64,000 bases of DNA, from NCBI GenBank assembly GCA_002633005.1, contig NMRA01000378.1, positions 363,329 through 427,328 on the forward strand. Reading direction: 5' to 3'. A model generated the notes under the pieces. The model saw nothing but the letters and a program-made list of their open reading frames with translations, was not told the origin of the DNA and did not search any database. The stretch comes from Phoronis australis. Its lineage: Eukaryota; Animalia; Phoronida. Made by a program: the position numbers and the translations under genes. The first letter of the stretch is position 1. Every line of letters begins with the position of its first letter. Shown one piece after another: positions 39,625-52,743 of this stretch.

Positions 39625-40540
39625 TAGATTATTACATGGCGAAGTCGTTATCCCCCGTATTCTAGAGCCCTCGTGGATTTTGGAGAATTATCGCCCGAGG
39701 GGCTTCAGCTCCGAAGGCGATAATTCTCCAAAATCCACGAGGGCTCTAGAAAAGGGGCATAACAACTGAGAACATGTAATAATCTACATTGTATTTATAC
39801 TACATACTAAACGAGAAACAATTCAATGAATCGATCTACCTTTCTCGACTAGCCTCGGCTTTGTAACTACTTTCTATGTCAAAGGCCCGGGGACGGAGGT
39901 CGTGAGCTTTTAAGAAAAGCCGAGCTATTTTTGTCAAATAATGCTTTTACTCAAAACCAATTGAAAATTTAAACAAAATAGAAATAGAATGAATCTTTAA
40001 ATTAAGGTTTAGCAACTATTATAGCTCACTACACATTTTATCATGCCAAGCTTCGACCGGGAAAATATCGTCTGCTAAAGTAGGTTACCACTGGTAACTG
40101 ATTATAATGCTCAATTCAAAGGATCCCGACGACACGATACCTTATTCAAATAGGAGATCGGTGATTTACAAGTGAGAGAACATGAGAGAAAAAAGTCACT
40201 GAAGTAAAATATCGTTTTTATGGAAATCATGCGTCTTATTTTTCAAAGCTTATGAATGTCGATACAATGCCCTTTGCTGAACATGCGGTCGTTGCTCGTG
40301 CTCATTTAAGTATTCTTTTTTCACGTTTGATGTCGTCAGCCGCTGAGTGGTGTAGTCGACGACTCGAAACTCTTGCGGCCCAGGTTCGAAACTCTTGCGG
40401 CCCGGGTTCAAAACTCTTGCGGGCCGGGTTCGAAACCGGCCTCGGTTCCCGCCAAAATGTTATCTCACTAGTGAGATAACTAAATGGTTTATTACACTGT
40501 TGTATTTGCCATTCGAGGCTAATATTGTAGTATAAATATG
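39625..40540. mobile_element. Hairpin-bearing non-autonomous element (Crypton-like, tentative)
   Basis: Perfect 36-bp inverted repeat 39660-39695/39716-39751 inside tagattattacatg/catgtaataatcta; palindrome gttatctcactagtgagataac at ~40459-40480; absent from the paralogous block at ~49720-49760. Confidence 0.6.
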
Positions 40541-43500
40541 TTAATGTGAGAGGCTATAATAGTCGAGAAACATTTTTAATTTAATATTAACGTATCTTTG
40601 CACGTGCATGATCTTTTTCTTCTGGATTCTGCTATTCGTGATTTTATCTTGTTTTGCTCAAAGTATCCATCACTTTGTCCAAATCTGAGGGCTGACTGTC
40701 TCCTCCACTTACCCACGCCGGCATTTTGACGAAGTGCCCATTACTGTATGATTGGGTTTATTGGAAAATCTCTTTAAATTTACGAAGCTGGATTCGTCTC
40801 ATAATGTCCTGTAAGGCGTAAGTAGCTAAGGACTTTACAGACCAAGTTTCTGTGTCTACCTAGTTCGTGGTGTTCGTCTTGTGTATCAAAATCTGGGTAT
40901 GGCGCCTAGTGCTGGCTAAAATTTCATTTTTTAATGTTCTGGGAGTGTACCACTTCTGAATGTTGGACCTACTCGTACGTGAACCGGAAGTATCTGGACA
41001 CCGTCAAATTAATGCCGCGTCACACTAGCCGGTAAATTTGCAAGTACATGACATGAAATTTTCATTTTCTTCGACTGCCCGCTTGGAGCGATTCATTATC
41101 CAGCGAGTTCAAACAGCTCATTTCCATATATTTGATGTTGCTTAATTATAGCACAAGTCCATTCAGGTGAAGCTAATAATATGGCGCAGACTGCTTTCAT
41201 TATAAGTAGAATACAACTAGCTGAAGTCAATTCAATATTGATGTGCGTAAACCAAGGTACATTGAACCGATTTTCATGGATTGCACACCGATTTCGGTTA
41301 CTTTTATGGTCTACACATTTGTGGAATCAGTAATTCATCAAATTGTGTAGTTTTTCATAAAGGAGTTTTAAACTTTGTTGTTCATTACATTTGATGATCC
41401 TGCTCGCATGGCGCGACTAACTTTGTTCATGGATGGAATACGTTTACGGTGAATCCCTGAGAGAAATTTAAGTCTAGACGCTATATAAAACTATTTAAAG
41501 AAAAGCAGCACCAAACCCCAACAACTTTGGCTATTTTTTATCCAAATGTTACACAAACTAATTTATCTACATTGTGTGGTAAGTTAGCAAAAAATCACCA
41601 CTTTCTTAGTTGCATGTGATGCTGTTTGGGGTCGCGGCCAGCTCGCAACACCCCACGATCAGTGCTGTAGTGTTAAAATTAGAGGTGCGTACTGCGCTCA
41701 AAGCCCAGCGTATCGCCTTGGGCATTGAATTTTAAAAGTTCATTGAACTCGAAAAAATCAGACCCACAGGCCTGTTTTTGACTCACGAGTGGGTATTTAA
41801 TTCGAGTCTACAGTGACGGATCTAAAATGTCACAGAAAGGGGGCCCAACCAGACATATTCAAAGGCAGGGGTCCGCGTGCATTCCCAGCGAACTCTGAAG
41901 AGAGGGCCCAATCACAATTATAAAGGAAAATTGGCACGTAAAGCCAAGAAACGGTATTCTGGAAGCGTTTTTAATCGCCCCTTTTGTGTGTCCTGCGGGC
42001 CCTTTGATCCCAATTTATCCGCCTATGGCGTGACACCATAGTTGTTACTTTATCTTGAACTCTTAATCTAAAATTTCACAACACGGAAAACATATGTTAC
42101 CCCGTACGCTGCAAAGCCTAATTACACAAACACGATGTTACACAAGCAGTGACGTTTTATTAATGAGCTGAACACCACGTATAATGCGCAAACGTTCATG
42201 CTTTCACTGTATGTACTGTACATGCACAAACGTCAGGCAACGTTTTCCTGAAAGCAGATACTAGTGACCTGTCTAAAGATAGAGTGCTTGGTGACAGAAT
42301 CCTCCACAGATTTCCTTGTCGGCAGTCTTGTTCTTTTCCAAGTTACATGATCTGGGCTAAGAACTATCAACAGTTCTGTATTATAGAGTCCAAATTTTGG
42401 AATAAGATTGTGAGTCGAACATGGGAAGTGGAGGATCATTGTCCTTGCAAAACAGCAAGCTGGAGGTGGTTTCTAACAGGGAACAAGAGCTATCATCAGA
42501 AAAATCTTAATGCAGTAGTCCACTTGTCCCACAAAGAGCTTGGTAGGTTGTCTACTAAACCGTCTACTCCATTTCTACGAACTCACGCATTCCTCCGATT
42601 GCCGTTGTGGCAACTAACCCAAACCGCTCGCAAATACGTCTGACTTCGTGCTCGTGTTATCCCAGATCCCATCGGCCACGCTTTGAATTGCAAGATGCTC
42701 AGAAAAGAGCAGAATGGCTTCTAATCATTATCAAGCGAAGGCCGCTCCATGTTCATTACAACATTTTGAATAACCTGTCCAGACGTACGGCCACGGTTGT
42801 TCCTTTAAATGCTTGTTTAAGCTCCAGTGACCCAAACCTCTTGTCTTGAGAGCAGTGCAGTGGCGAATGCCTGCCGGTATAGACAAACCCTAGACTAAGG
42901 TCACAAGCCATCCGACGAATAAGCTTATCTGCTTGTGGCATAGTGGTACCGGATTGTGCATCAGCGCATGATTCTGATTGAAGGCGGGACTTTCCAAGTA
43001 TCGCAGTAATCCCAAGAACATGCTCCCATCACTTGAATTACAAATTCTGTCTTCACTGGCTAACTCGAAACGTTGATTTAATACATGTATGTTTAATGGT
43101 AACAACACTGCCGTTACAGATCTGAAACTATTCGCCACCCTACGAACGTCAAGCGCGGGATCTATTAGAACAAACTGGTACACAAGGTAAGCAGCAACCG
43201 TCGCAGCAGCTTTCAATTTGTATTGTTTTTTGGGTGATCGGCTTTACAGTGAAAAGAGTTAATCTATAAATACTCTGAAATGACCGCACCCAATCGCCTC
43301 TGTAGAGCATCCTCAACTGCCAACACTAGCCAGTGGTACAAGCAGTGCCATGGGAAATGTCTGGGAAGCGTTAGCGTAATCTTGTTGCAACTCCAGAATG
43401 TATTCTGGTGAAGACACTGGCGCAGTCACTTGCAAATTCCACAAGATACTTTGTGTTAAGCAGATACGCTTAAATGGATTCCGAAGTTTCTTATTCAAGC

Positions 43501-45769
43501 TGTATATTATCAAGCATGTAAAATGGATCGCTACTACCAATACATGCTCTTATGTAAATGACCAGTGATTTGTTTGTTGATTGTCGTTTCATTGGAGAGC
43601 AATCTCTACAATTCCTCAATTAAGTTGCATTGGGCTCTTCTCATTTGGAAAAATCCGTTGCACTGCCCAACAGCTGCGTGTACATGTAGGTACCGCGAGG
43701 GCTTCAAAGAACACATCTGAAATGAAGCTTTTACTTTTTACGACTCACTCCCGAGTTCTGCCAATGCCTCATCGAAGCATTACTGGCGGTGGCGCGCCGA
43801 AATGTTCGGCAACAATGCTGTTGTCAGCATAGCAGCTCATTGATACTGTAAGCTATCGCATCCAGAAGACTGCGTCCCACGAAACCATCACTTAAAATAC
43901 GGAACAGTGCGTGGGGTATACATTGAAATGTAAAAAGGTGGTTGGCTGCGTCTACGCGCGCCTGCGCTTCTCTACGCCAGTACTGTCCACGAGTACAATC
44001 AACTGGATCACTGAGGCTTGAGAAAATAGCGCACCACTTTAACGCATTATGTGATAGACCAGAGCCCATTGTGCCGTTTCAGGCTAACCAAGATCTGATC
44101 AAATCTTAGACATATGTCTGAAAGGCTTGGTTTCTACTTTCCTAATACTGCGTAGAGTTTAATAACACTAGTACTGTAGTTCGATGAAAAACCACGAGTT
44201 CGCGAGATTACGCGAAGTATTGCATTGCATTTTAAATGAAAACACGTGGTTGATTTTGGCTACATTTTTCAAGTCGCGAGACTGCAACTGGACTCTACCT
44301 TGTTTCGTACGACACAGCATGTAGTGCAGAGTCTAGTGGCAGTTTATTGAACAGCAAGACGGTGTCAGCAAGATGATGATGAGAGACAATTCGGAACCAA
44401 TGCACGGTTGCCTTCATGAAACTTTCCGATGTACGACTCCAGTTATCTAAGTTTACTGCGGAGTTTGGAAAAACCTATTGTCCATTCTTATACCGTTTTA
44501 GTGTTACTTCTAAGTCAAATCGAGAGTGAACTATAAGTTGAATTCTAAATTTTGTGGAACATAAGTAGAGAACTGTTAACTCATGGCAACGCCCAAGATT
44601 TTTGGACTAAGCCTCTATTTATTTTCGAATTATTTTCATCGAACTAAAGACTCGATTTTAGTCATATTACCAGAGCTTGTCATGAATCAGAAGGAGCTCA
44701 TGATAAAGATAAGGTGATAGAAAGAGATTGCTCGTGCGAGTTATGAAAGACCCAAGTAAGCAAAATTATAAATCACAACTAATGGATTTTGTTACGAAAT
44801 TACTTTTCCGACGTTTTCCGTTCTCTCCGTCCTTATTCTAAGAGAGGTTCTTGCAGTTTTTGTCTGTGGAAATCGACAGAAGGTGACGAATTTTATGCGT
44901 GAACCAGACGGCGTTGCAAAGTCGAGAAAGTTACTTTGTTTTCATTTTCAAAAGTTGTGACTGATGATTTTTTCGCACTGGGACCCGCAACACTGCTTCC
45001 GGAAATCTGTTCTACGAACTTAAACTACATGTATAATTTTGGCTTGTATTTTGAAACTTCTCCACTCTACCACAGTCTGTACTCAACAAAAGTACCTTTT
45101 ATTTTGTGCTCTAGCATATGACGATTGTAATTAATGTTTAATACTTTATTTTCAGTGAATTGGTAAGTCAACGACGTGGACGACATTCGAAATTTACACA
45201 GATTAATAAATGTACTGAACACCAAGGCAAATTAAAGATACTGTCATACTGACTTTCATGTGACTCTTTATTGCTACCCTTCTCACTCCCATGAATATCG
45301 ATGGCTGCGAGTTTGAATTTCGATCAACTTCAAAACGAGGTTGAAGCAGTGAACACCTGGACACATTGCATTCTCGGGGAATAGTTGCCGTCGCAGTTAC
45401 AAAAGAGATATGTACGCTGAATTGATGAAGGTCCCGTTCTTGCAAAACAACGCCTGAAGAATGGTGAAAAACGAAAATGTGGCAGGGTCAATTTCGCACC
45501 AAAAACCTTGAAGTAGGGTGCATTTTTCCTTTTTTTTCCATTGTGTCCATTATCATCTTTGTTCTTTTTCGTCGGGCTCTATTTCTCTTCATTTTTTTCA
45601 CTGTTTTGTTAAGTTCACTGTTTTCTGTTCTTTCTCTTTCTGTCTTTTTGTCTGTCTTGTACAGCTCTTTTCTTTTTGTGTCCATCTGTTGAATTTTAGT
45701 GTCATCTGGTGATAGACTTGTGCATGTCTTCCTTTTTTTCTCACGTAGTATTCTGATTTCTTCTGTATC

Positions 45770-46010
45770 CCTGAATGCTGGAAAGGAGCAAAATGATAAT
45801 AATATTTAAAAAAGGAGACCGAAGTGACATAAAGAACTATAGACCTATAAGCTCATTAGCCCATACATACAAACTGTTCACAAGGCTATCATAAAATTGA
45901 ATGGAGAAACGACTGGATGAAAATCAACCCCGAGAACAATTAGGGTTTAGAAAGAGCTACTCGACAACAGACCATCTGCAAGCCTTTGGACAAACAATTG
46001 GAGAGATGAC
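45770..46010 (+). mobile_element. RTE-type LINE RT fragment
   Basis: [29 protein letters not shown]...LDENQPREQLGFRKSYSTTDHL. Confidence 0.85.
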
Positions 46011-48439
46011 ATCGTGAAGACGAGAGGCACAACGTGGATGAGAGCGGTAAGAGACAGAAAAAGTTGGTAGGCATTGTCAGAGGGCTACATCCTGCAGTGT
46101 ATGGACATTGTCTAGAGTCAGAGTCAGAGTCAGTCAGGGTGCATTTTGTAGTCATAAAAGAATCGAAAGATGAAATCTTGAGGATTACACTATTGCAGTG
46201 GGCTAAATGCCGCGGTAAAAACTATGGTGGGTAGAAAAATTGGACAATCTTGAGCAGCACATCACGGCCAAGGGGTTCTCTCCAAGCTAAAGTAGGCAGT
46301 TAGGGATGTGTGGTTGAGAGTAAGAAGTCAGAATCAAGTTAGATGTAAAACAGACAATAAAATGTGTACTATAAAAATGATGAAAAGTTCTACCCCGAGA
46401 CAATACAAAAATATCCTACCGAAACAATGAAAACCCTAACAGAGACGATACAGTCCAAATGAGGTCCGAGACAACATCAAAACAAAAAATACCTATCGGA
46501 GACGGTACCCCAAAGCCAAATTAACACAAACCCTGAGAGAGCAAAATACCCACACGACAAAAGGTGGCGGCACGTCTCTAACTTTTTTCATGCACAAGCT
46601 AATGATTGAGAATATTTTATACAACCTTAGACTAGCTGTCGAGAATCTTTGATACAAGAGAGTCCTGGCTTGTGTTATGCATAGAGAGACCCCCTAGCCC
46701 GGGATCAAAACCCTGTCTATACTTCGGACGAGTCACAAGTATCTCCCGGGCCAGAGCGCAGTTGTAGTACAAAAGGCAATTACAGCAAGATAATAAAAAA
46801 TTGGGAGTATTTTATACAACATAATCCTGACCTGTATTCCTATTTTATAGCAAAATTGCAGGATTTAAAATCAGAATGCCTGCATTTTTAATTACGCATT
46901 CGTAAGGCTTCCTCCAGGCCCCTCGGAGACGGAAATTTCCTCCCGTTAGCTGTATGACTTCTAAAGAAGGTGTCCAGCACACCAATATTCACATGGGTAT
47001 CGAAGTCAGGATGCTGTGTCAAGCAGGGCACTATCGACCATTTCATATGAAGACAATAGCATTAATACAACTCCTTGGGCAAACTGTATCTCAGGGTAAA
47101 TGCTGCTCCCCAAAGTTATCAAATAATATATAGTTTAACAGGTTCATGGTAACCCTTAATTTTAAGTTTTGCAATTTAAACACACTCTGCTTGGGTCTTC
47201 ATCAGGACTAATACAATAGTACAGCAAATCTGATGACACATAGACACGCCCCTTAAAAGTTATACTTCAAAGAGAGATTTACCAGACAAAAATGAGACCA
47301 CTTTCCACAAGTAGTTAGTATGAAAGACACATTCTGATAGGCTGTGTAGTATAGCAAGTACATGCACGCGCACACAGCCTAAAAATGGAGGTCTCGAATT
47401 TTTGAGAATGTGTACATATACATGTAACTAAGAAAAGATTGGTGGAAGTGGACTTTTGTCTCATTTTCTACTTTTTCGGAGTTTTTGTTTCTCTGGGTCA
47501 AACCTGTTTTCCCACTACGTCAAATAGGGGGGGCTCGTTCGATTCCCGGAGCCCCCTGGATACGGGCATGGGAAAAAAGCTGTGTGTGTACAGCAGAATG
47601 TGTCAAAGAATAAGGTTTGTTTACTGTTCTAAGAAAGAAGTTGACTCAATAATCCCTGCTTAGCGTACATAATCTTCAGCAAGATAGCCTGAGGCACGGG
47701 TATCATGTGATAATGTAGAGTAGTGCCTGTGAACTTCATACACACATCAAATCAGACTGTTTACACTAAAACAACAGTTTCTTATTTTACTTTATACGTG
47801 AATTGTTCCTCTTGGATATGACGACTACACAGTCGCAGGTTATGCAGCTCTGTTAAGGATTTCCTTGCTAGGTCAGATCTATGCATACTCTGCATCCAAC
47901 TCGCACAACTAAAATTGAACCATACACTGAGAAATACTCTACACGCCAACAAACAACATCATTACATTGTGCAAGCTTGCAAACACTCTCCACTAAGTGC
48001 TACAGTATCTCACCCCAGTTTTCACACAGTAAACAAGGCCAGCTGACCAGGACACTGGGTCTGGCCCTGTAACATGAACTGTAGACTACACAATGACTAG
48101 TCTTCTTTATCCAAACACAGCTGATACAACTCCACTTTAATTTTGTTACATTCCTGGCAGAAGATGTGCAGCCAATACCGACTGAGTCTCATACGTATTG
48201 TCAACTTCTAGTAACTATCCCTGCTACTATTATTATTCTACTGCAGTACTGACTCCTGTTCTCTGATCAGCACTTGCCAGTAGTAGTATGGAATATATAA
48301 TGAATATACACTTACCTCTCCTTGTCTTTAGGCAAGAGAAACAAACTATTTTGTAAGCACTATAGGACACACTGGCATTAGTCATGCATGGTATTATGCT
48401 GTATTTGAGCTCCTCTCAGAAGGTGGCGCTACTTGTAAC

Positions 48440-49073
48440 GCTGTGACGTATTTAGGTCATAAGTCGGACATCTTAGGTAACTATAAAATCTTTTCTCAAA
48501 TGGTCATCCCACATAAGCAACATCCAAATGAAAGCAAATAAAACTTTGGTATTTCTTCGGCGGTACTTGCGTATAAGCAGCCAACGAAATAAGGAGTTTG
48601 CGTATAAAACAATGGTTCGACCCACCTTGGAATACGCCTCTACTGTTTGGGACCCTTATACCCATAAAGACATTGCAGCTGTAGAGAAAGTACATGTGCA
48701 GAGGAGAGCTGCTCGCTGGGTCACGAAACGGTTCAATCGTCTATCCTCTGTAGGTTCAAAGTTAGAAACCTTAAACTGGCCCACCCTCAGCGACAGACGC
48801 AAAATCTGTCGGGTGAAAATATTTTACAAATATGATAAGAAGTCGGTGATCATCAACACTGACGCTGCCCTTATCACAGATCTTGCTATCTCTGGCGTCC
48901 GTACCAGAAGGTCATCCAATTATAGTATTCCAATGAATAGGACGCATTACAGGAAGAAGACATTCTTTCCTAGAACAGTCGCGGACTGGAATAGCTTGCC
49001 GGGCTACATTACATCAGTTCAATCTCTTGATACCTTTGTCAGCAAGCTCTGCCTTCCTGAAGTAACAAAGTGA
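48440..49073 (+). mobile_element. CR1/L2-type LINE 3' end (ORF2 C-terminus)
   Basis: KANKTLVFLRR...AYKTMVRPTLEYASTVWDP...VQRRAARWV...LNWPTLSDRR...FFPRTVADWNSLP. Confidence 0.92.
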
Positions 49074-50224
49074 GGTGCCTCCGTTTGGGGCACCCGCTTA
49101 CTGACTGCCTTATCTGTAAACGATCTAGTTATGTTAACCAACCTCTGAAGTGACGTCTACTATGTATATATATCGTTTTAAACCTGCCAAAGTTGTTCTC
49201 GTTTTTTTGTTGATCTTCATTGTTATACAATGACATAGTACTCTGAAGACAGTGTGGTAACTTAAACCAAGAAGAAGAAAAATGTTTGTAAAAAGACCGT
49301 GTTGTGGTCATCGTCGCAAATGCTAGCGAAGACGGAGTGCTGCAATTGATCATCTGTCTGTCACAAGTGAAGGATAGTTGAGGTGAGGGTCCGGGTCACG
49401 TCAAAGCCTGAACAATTGAGTGAAGCAACAATTCACGACATTTTCCTGAGCTGTCAACTCAACTATCGTTCAATTGAGACAGAACATTGAGCTCGTAGCC
49501 GTATGTGGTGTACGTACTTAACTGAAGCAGACATCACAGACTTACGGGCACCTGTAATTTCAGTCTAGTTCAGGGGAGTGAGAAAGTCTCCGAATGTATC
49601 CATGTAACCGTTGCATTTCACATTTTATGCTTGCCTTTATCAACAAAAAATCTGGACTTAGATGGATCTAATATTTCGTTAGTTGCAGGTTTAGTTTTAG
49701 TGAGTGCTCAAAGCCTGGAAATCATATACATGAGATGTTACAATAGTTGACAAACGTTTTATATTTCATATTAACTTATTCCTGCACTTGCAAGATTTCA
49801 TCTTGTGGATGCTCCCTGTCATGATTTTTTCTTGTTTTGCTCAAAAATGCTATCCCTTTGTCCAAATCTGAGACCGACTGTCTCCTCCACCAGCCCNCCC
49901 CCCCGATCCCCCAACCCCATGATGGACAAACTGCATGACAGAATTTTTGGACAATATCTTCAAATTAACGAGGCTGGATCTGTCTCATAAAGCCCTTTAC
50001 ATTGTAAGGCATATGTAAAGGACCTCCCAGACCACTCTTCTACACGTGTGTCTGCGAAGTTAGCCGTGTTCTTTGTCCTAAATATTCGTCTTGTGCAGCA
50101 GTTTCTGGGTATATGGGTCGGACGCGCCTAACTACTGGCAATAAACTGGTTAGAATTTTAGTTTTATATGTTAACAGCTGAGTTTAAAATTCTGGGTGCG
50201 TTCCACTTCGGAATATTGGGCCTA

Positions 50225-50897
50225 CGGTGGCACTGAATAGTTAGCTTGTGGCCGCGGTCAATTTGCACTCCCAAAATGTTAAAATCTAGGGCTAGGCCAG
50301 GCTTGGGGGCATTTTTCAATTAGGTATTGTGTGTAGGCCAAGTGAATGTTTTTTTTGTTGTATTTGTGAACATGCTGGGAATGAAAAAATGCCAGTTTCT
50401 CGGCTGTAGCTGCACTCTTCTTCAAGATGGTGGCCCCCTGTTGCAGTTGTGCATTGCTGTGTAGCAACTGAGAAATTGGCCGCGATTTCAGGTAGCCCTC
50501 AAACAAGGCAGATTTGCAAAAAAAACTAGTTGGTTGACAGTAATTTTGGACCACATTTTTCATTACCAGCAATATTGAAACCGTGAATTGCGCATGCGCG
50601 AAAATCACTCAGTTAGCCCCCTTCAGAATACATGGGATTCGCAGAAAACACAGCGCGAGGGTCTTATTTATGAATCAAACACATTTGCCGATAGCACATA
50701 ACATAGATAAGTATTTTGTTAAAAACGTGGCCAAGTTTCAGCAAAATTGGAAAAAAATTTATGTTTAACATGGTATGGCCAAAGTTTTGGCTTATTTTGT
50801 CGCTTCGATCAGTGGAATCGCCGCTAAAAACCCGAAAGTGCACGTGAGAAAACGATAATTTTCGATCAAGCCTTTCATGTGCGGTTAGTTGCCGATA
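50225..50897. mobile_element. One end of a TA-inserted DNA transposon (Tc1/mariner-like), truncated at an assembly join
   Basis: Begins TA|CGGTGGCACTG at a site that is empty in the duplicate flank ending at 51074. Confidence 0.5.
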
Positions 50898-51781
50898 NTC
50901 TGCGAAGTTAGCCGTGTTCTTTGTCCTAAATATTCGTCTTGTGCAGCACTTTCTGGGTAAATGGGTCGGACGAGCCTAACTACTGGCAATAAACTGGTTA
51001 GAATTTTGGTTTTATATGTTAACAGCTGAGTTTAAAATTCTGGGTGCGTTCCACTTCGGAATGTTGGGCCTACGCGAACAGGAAGTATCTCGGATTCGTA
51101 AAAATAATGCTGCGTCAAACTAGCCGATAAATTTTCAAGCGTATGACGTGTAATTTTCATTTACACTGTACTTCAAATGCCCGCTTGGAACGATTCATTA
51201 TCCAGCGAGTTCAGGCAGCTCATTTCCATATATATTTTGTGTTGCTTGTAGTACATGTCTATTAAGAAGAAGGTAATCTGGCACGGACTTCTTTCCTTAG
51301 AAGTACAACCAGCTGAAGTAAATTTAATATCGATGTGCGTTAACCCAGGTATATTAAATAGACTTTCATGGTTCGCACACCGATTACGGTTACTGTTTAT
51401 AGTCTACATATTTAGGAAATCATAAATTTATGAAAATGTGTACTTTTTCAAAAAGCAGTTTTATACTTTGTTAAGAAGGGTTGATTATTACTTTTAATGA
51501 TCCTGCTTGCAATGCTTGATTAACTGTCTTCGTGCATGGAATACATTTTCAATGAATCCCTGGCAGAATTTTAAGTCTACATGTAGACGCCTCCGGCTTA
51601 ACATTGCTGGTGGCCGGGGTATCCGAACCTTGCCTGTACGTTACTTGATATAGACGTCAGTGTAAATGAGAAAATACGGCGCTGCAATCGATTTTAGGAG
51701 ATCTGAAGCTGATCTTCGTTGAGTTAACGGAAAGTTCACCGACTTCATTATTTTAACGAGTGAGCTGCTAATTAATTTTAA

Positions 51782-52743
51782 ACAGTACACACCATGGATT
51801 TTTGCACATTTTGAATTACCGGTGGCCACAGACTAAATGTATGACGTAAAATTTAGCTTAACCCGTGTTTATTTTGTGTAATTAGCTCGAAATTTTGATT
51901 TTTCTTTCAATTTTACCAATTTTCACATTTCCCGCCATGTGACGTCATGGGTTGAACACAATAGATCAGTGACTAACATTGAACAATGGCGAAGAGCAGG
52001 GAATTTGAAAGCGACGACGATTATGAGCAAGAATTGAACGAATAATATGAAGAAACGTACGGGAATGGTGGCCAGGATGAGGAAATGGGGTTGCACGAAA
52101 GCGAGAACAAGTTTAATATGCTTCCGGCTGCGTACTTTTCTACTTTTAGCCTTACGAACTGGATCCTCCCGCGAGAGAAGCGGCCTCGGGCCCGGCAAGT
52201 CAACCCAGTCATCCAACAGACGATCCTGAATTAAGAGCGGATGTTTCTGAATGATAAATATTGTCCTTTATTGAACCAGGCCTTCATCGTAACGTCTCCT
52301 GTGACTGGAGTCGAAACACGAGTCCTCAAAGTGGGCAGAACACAGAGTGGCCCCGGACCGAATCGCTTGGTCCATGATGACGTCCCACACTCTCGTTCGG
52401 GGCACGAAGCGATGCCACATCTGCGCAACTTTGGTGTCCTTCGGAACACCGAGACGTTCTCCGCCTGGCTGCTGTTGCTGCAGCCTCCGGAAACACATCT
52501 TTTGATTCCTCTACGAACCTTCTCGACGCTAAATGCACTTTGCTTTCTCTTCACTCTATACACTTTGTCTCTGATCCGAACAGTATGGCGAACGACTTGA
52601 GTTCAACCCATGACGTTGTACATAATTATTATTTTTTCATATTTTGCGTGTTTCTTTACGAGCTGTGCACTAAAGGCACTGAAATCTAGTAAGATATAAT
52701 AATAAAATTCATTTTGAGGTACTAGAGTCATGTTGTGTACACT
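51782..52743. mobile_element. Internally deleted Kolobok-type DNA transposon (THAP fragment plus a convergent second-gene fragment)
   Basis: TTAA at both ends and degenerate TIRs; perfect 16-bp subterminal IR 51942-51957/52601-52616; minus-strand frameshifted THAP (RCVSGGCSN...PKD...W...LCSAHFEDSCF); plus-strand acidic N-terminus from 51986 with PYELDP. Confidence 0.8.

Larger units (their letters stand above)
44960..51580 (+). repeat. Diverged segmental duplicate of the defensin 3' region (38500-41480), interrupted by insertions
   Basis: 44960-45340 matches 38510-38910; 49290-49720 matches 38965-39370; 49760-51580 matches 40570-41480; a partial third copy lies at 30460-30810. Confidence 0.9.

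Noticed and set aside
45477-45712. Hydrophobic/charged ORFs on both strands
   Set aside because: Low-complexity pyrimidine-rich sequence beside a LINE fragment.
47170-47210. Further hammerhead-like cores (minus-strand CTGATGAAGACCC here; CTGAAGA...GAAA at ~45454)
   Set aside because: Stem II or the GAAA box is broken; at best dead Penelope terminal repeats.
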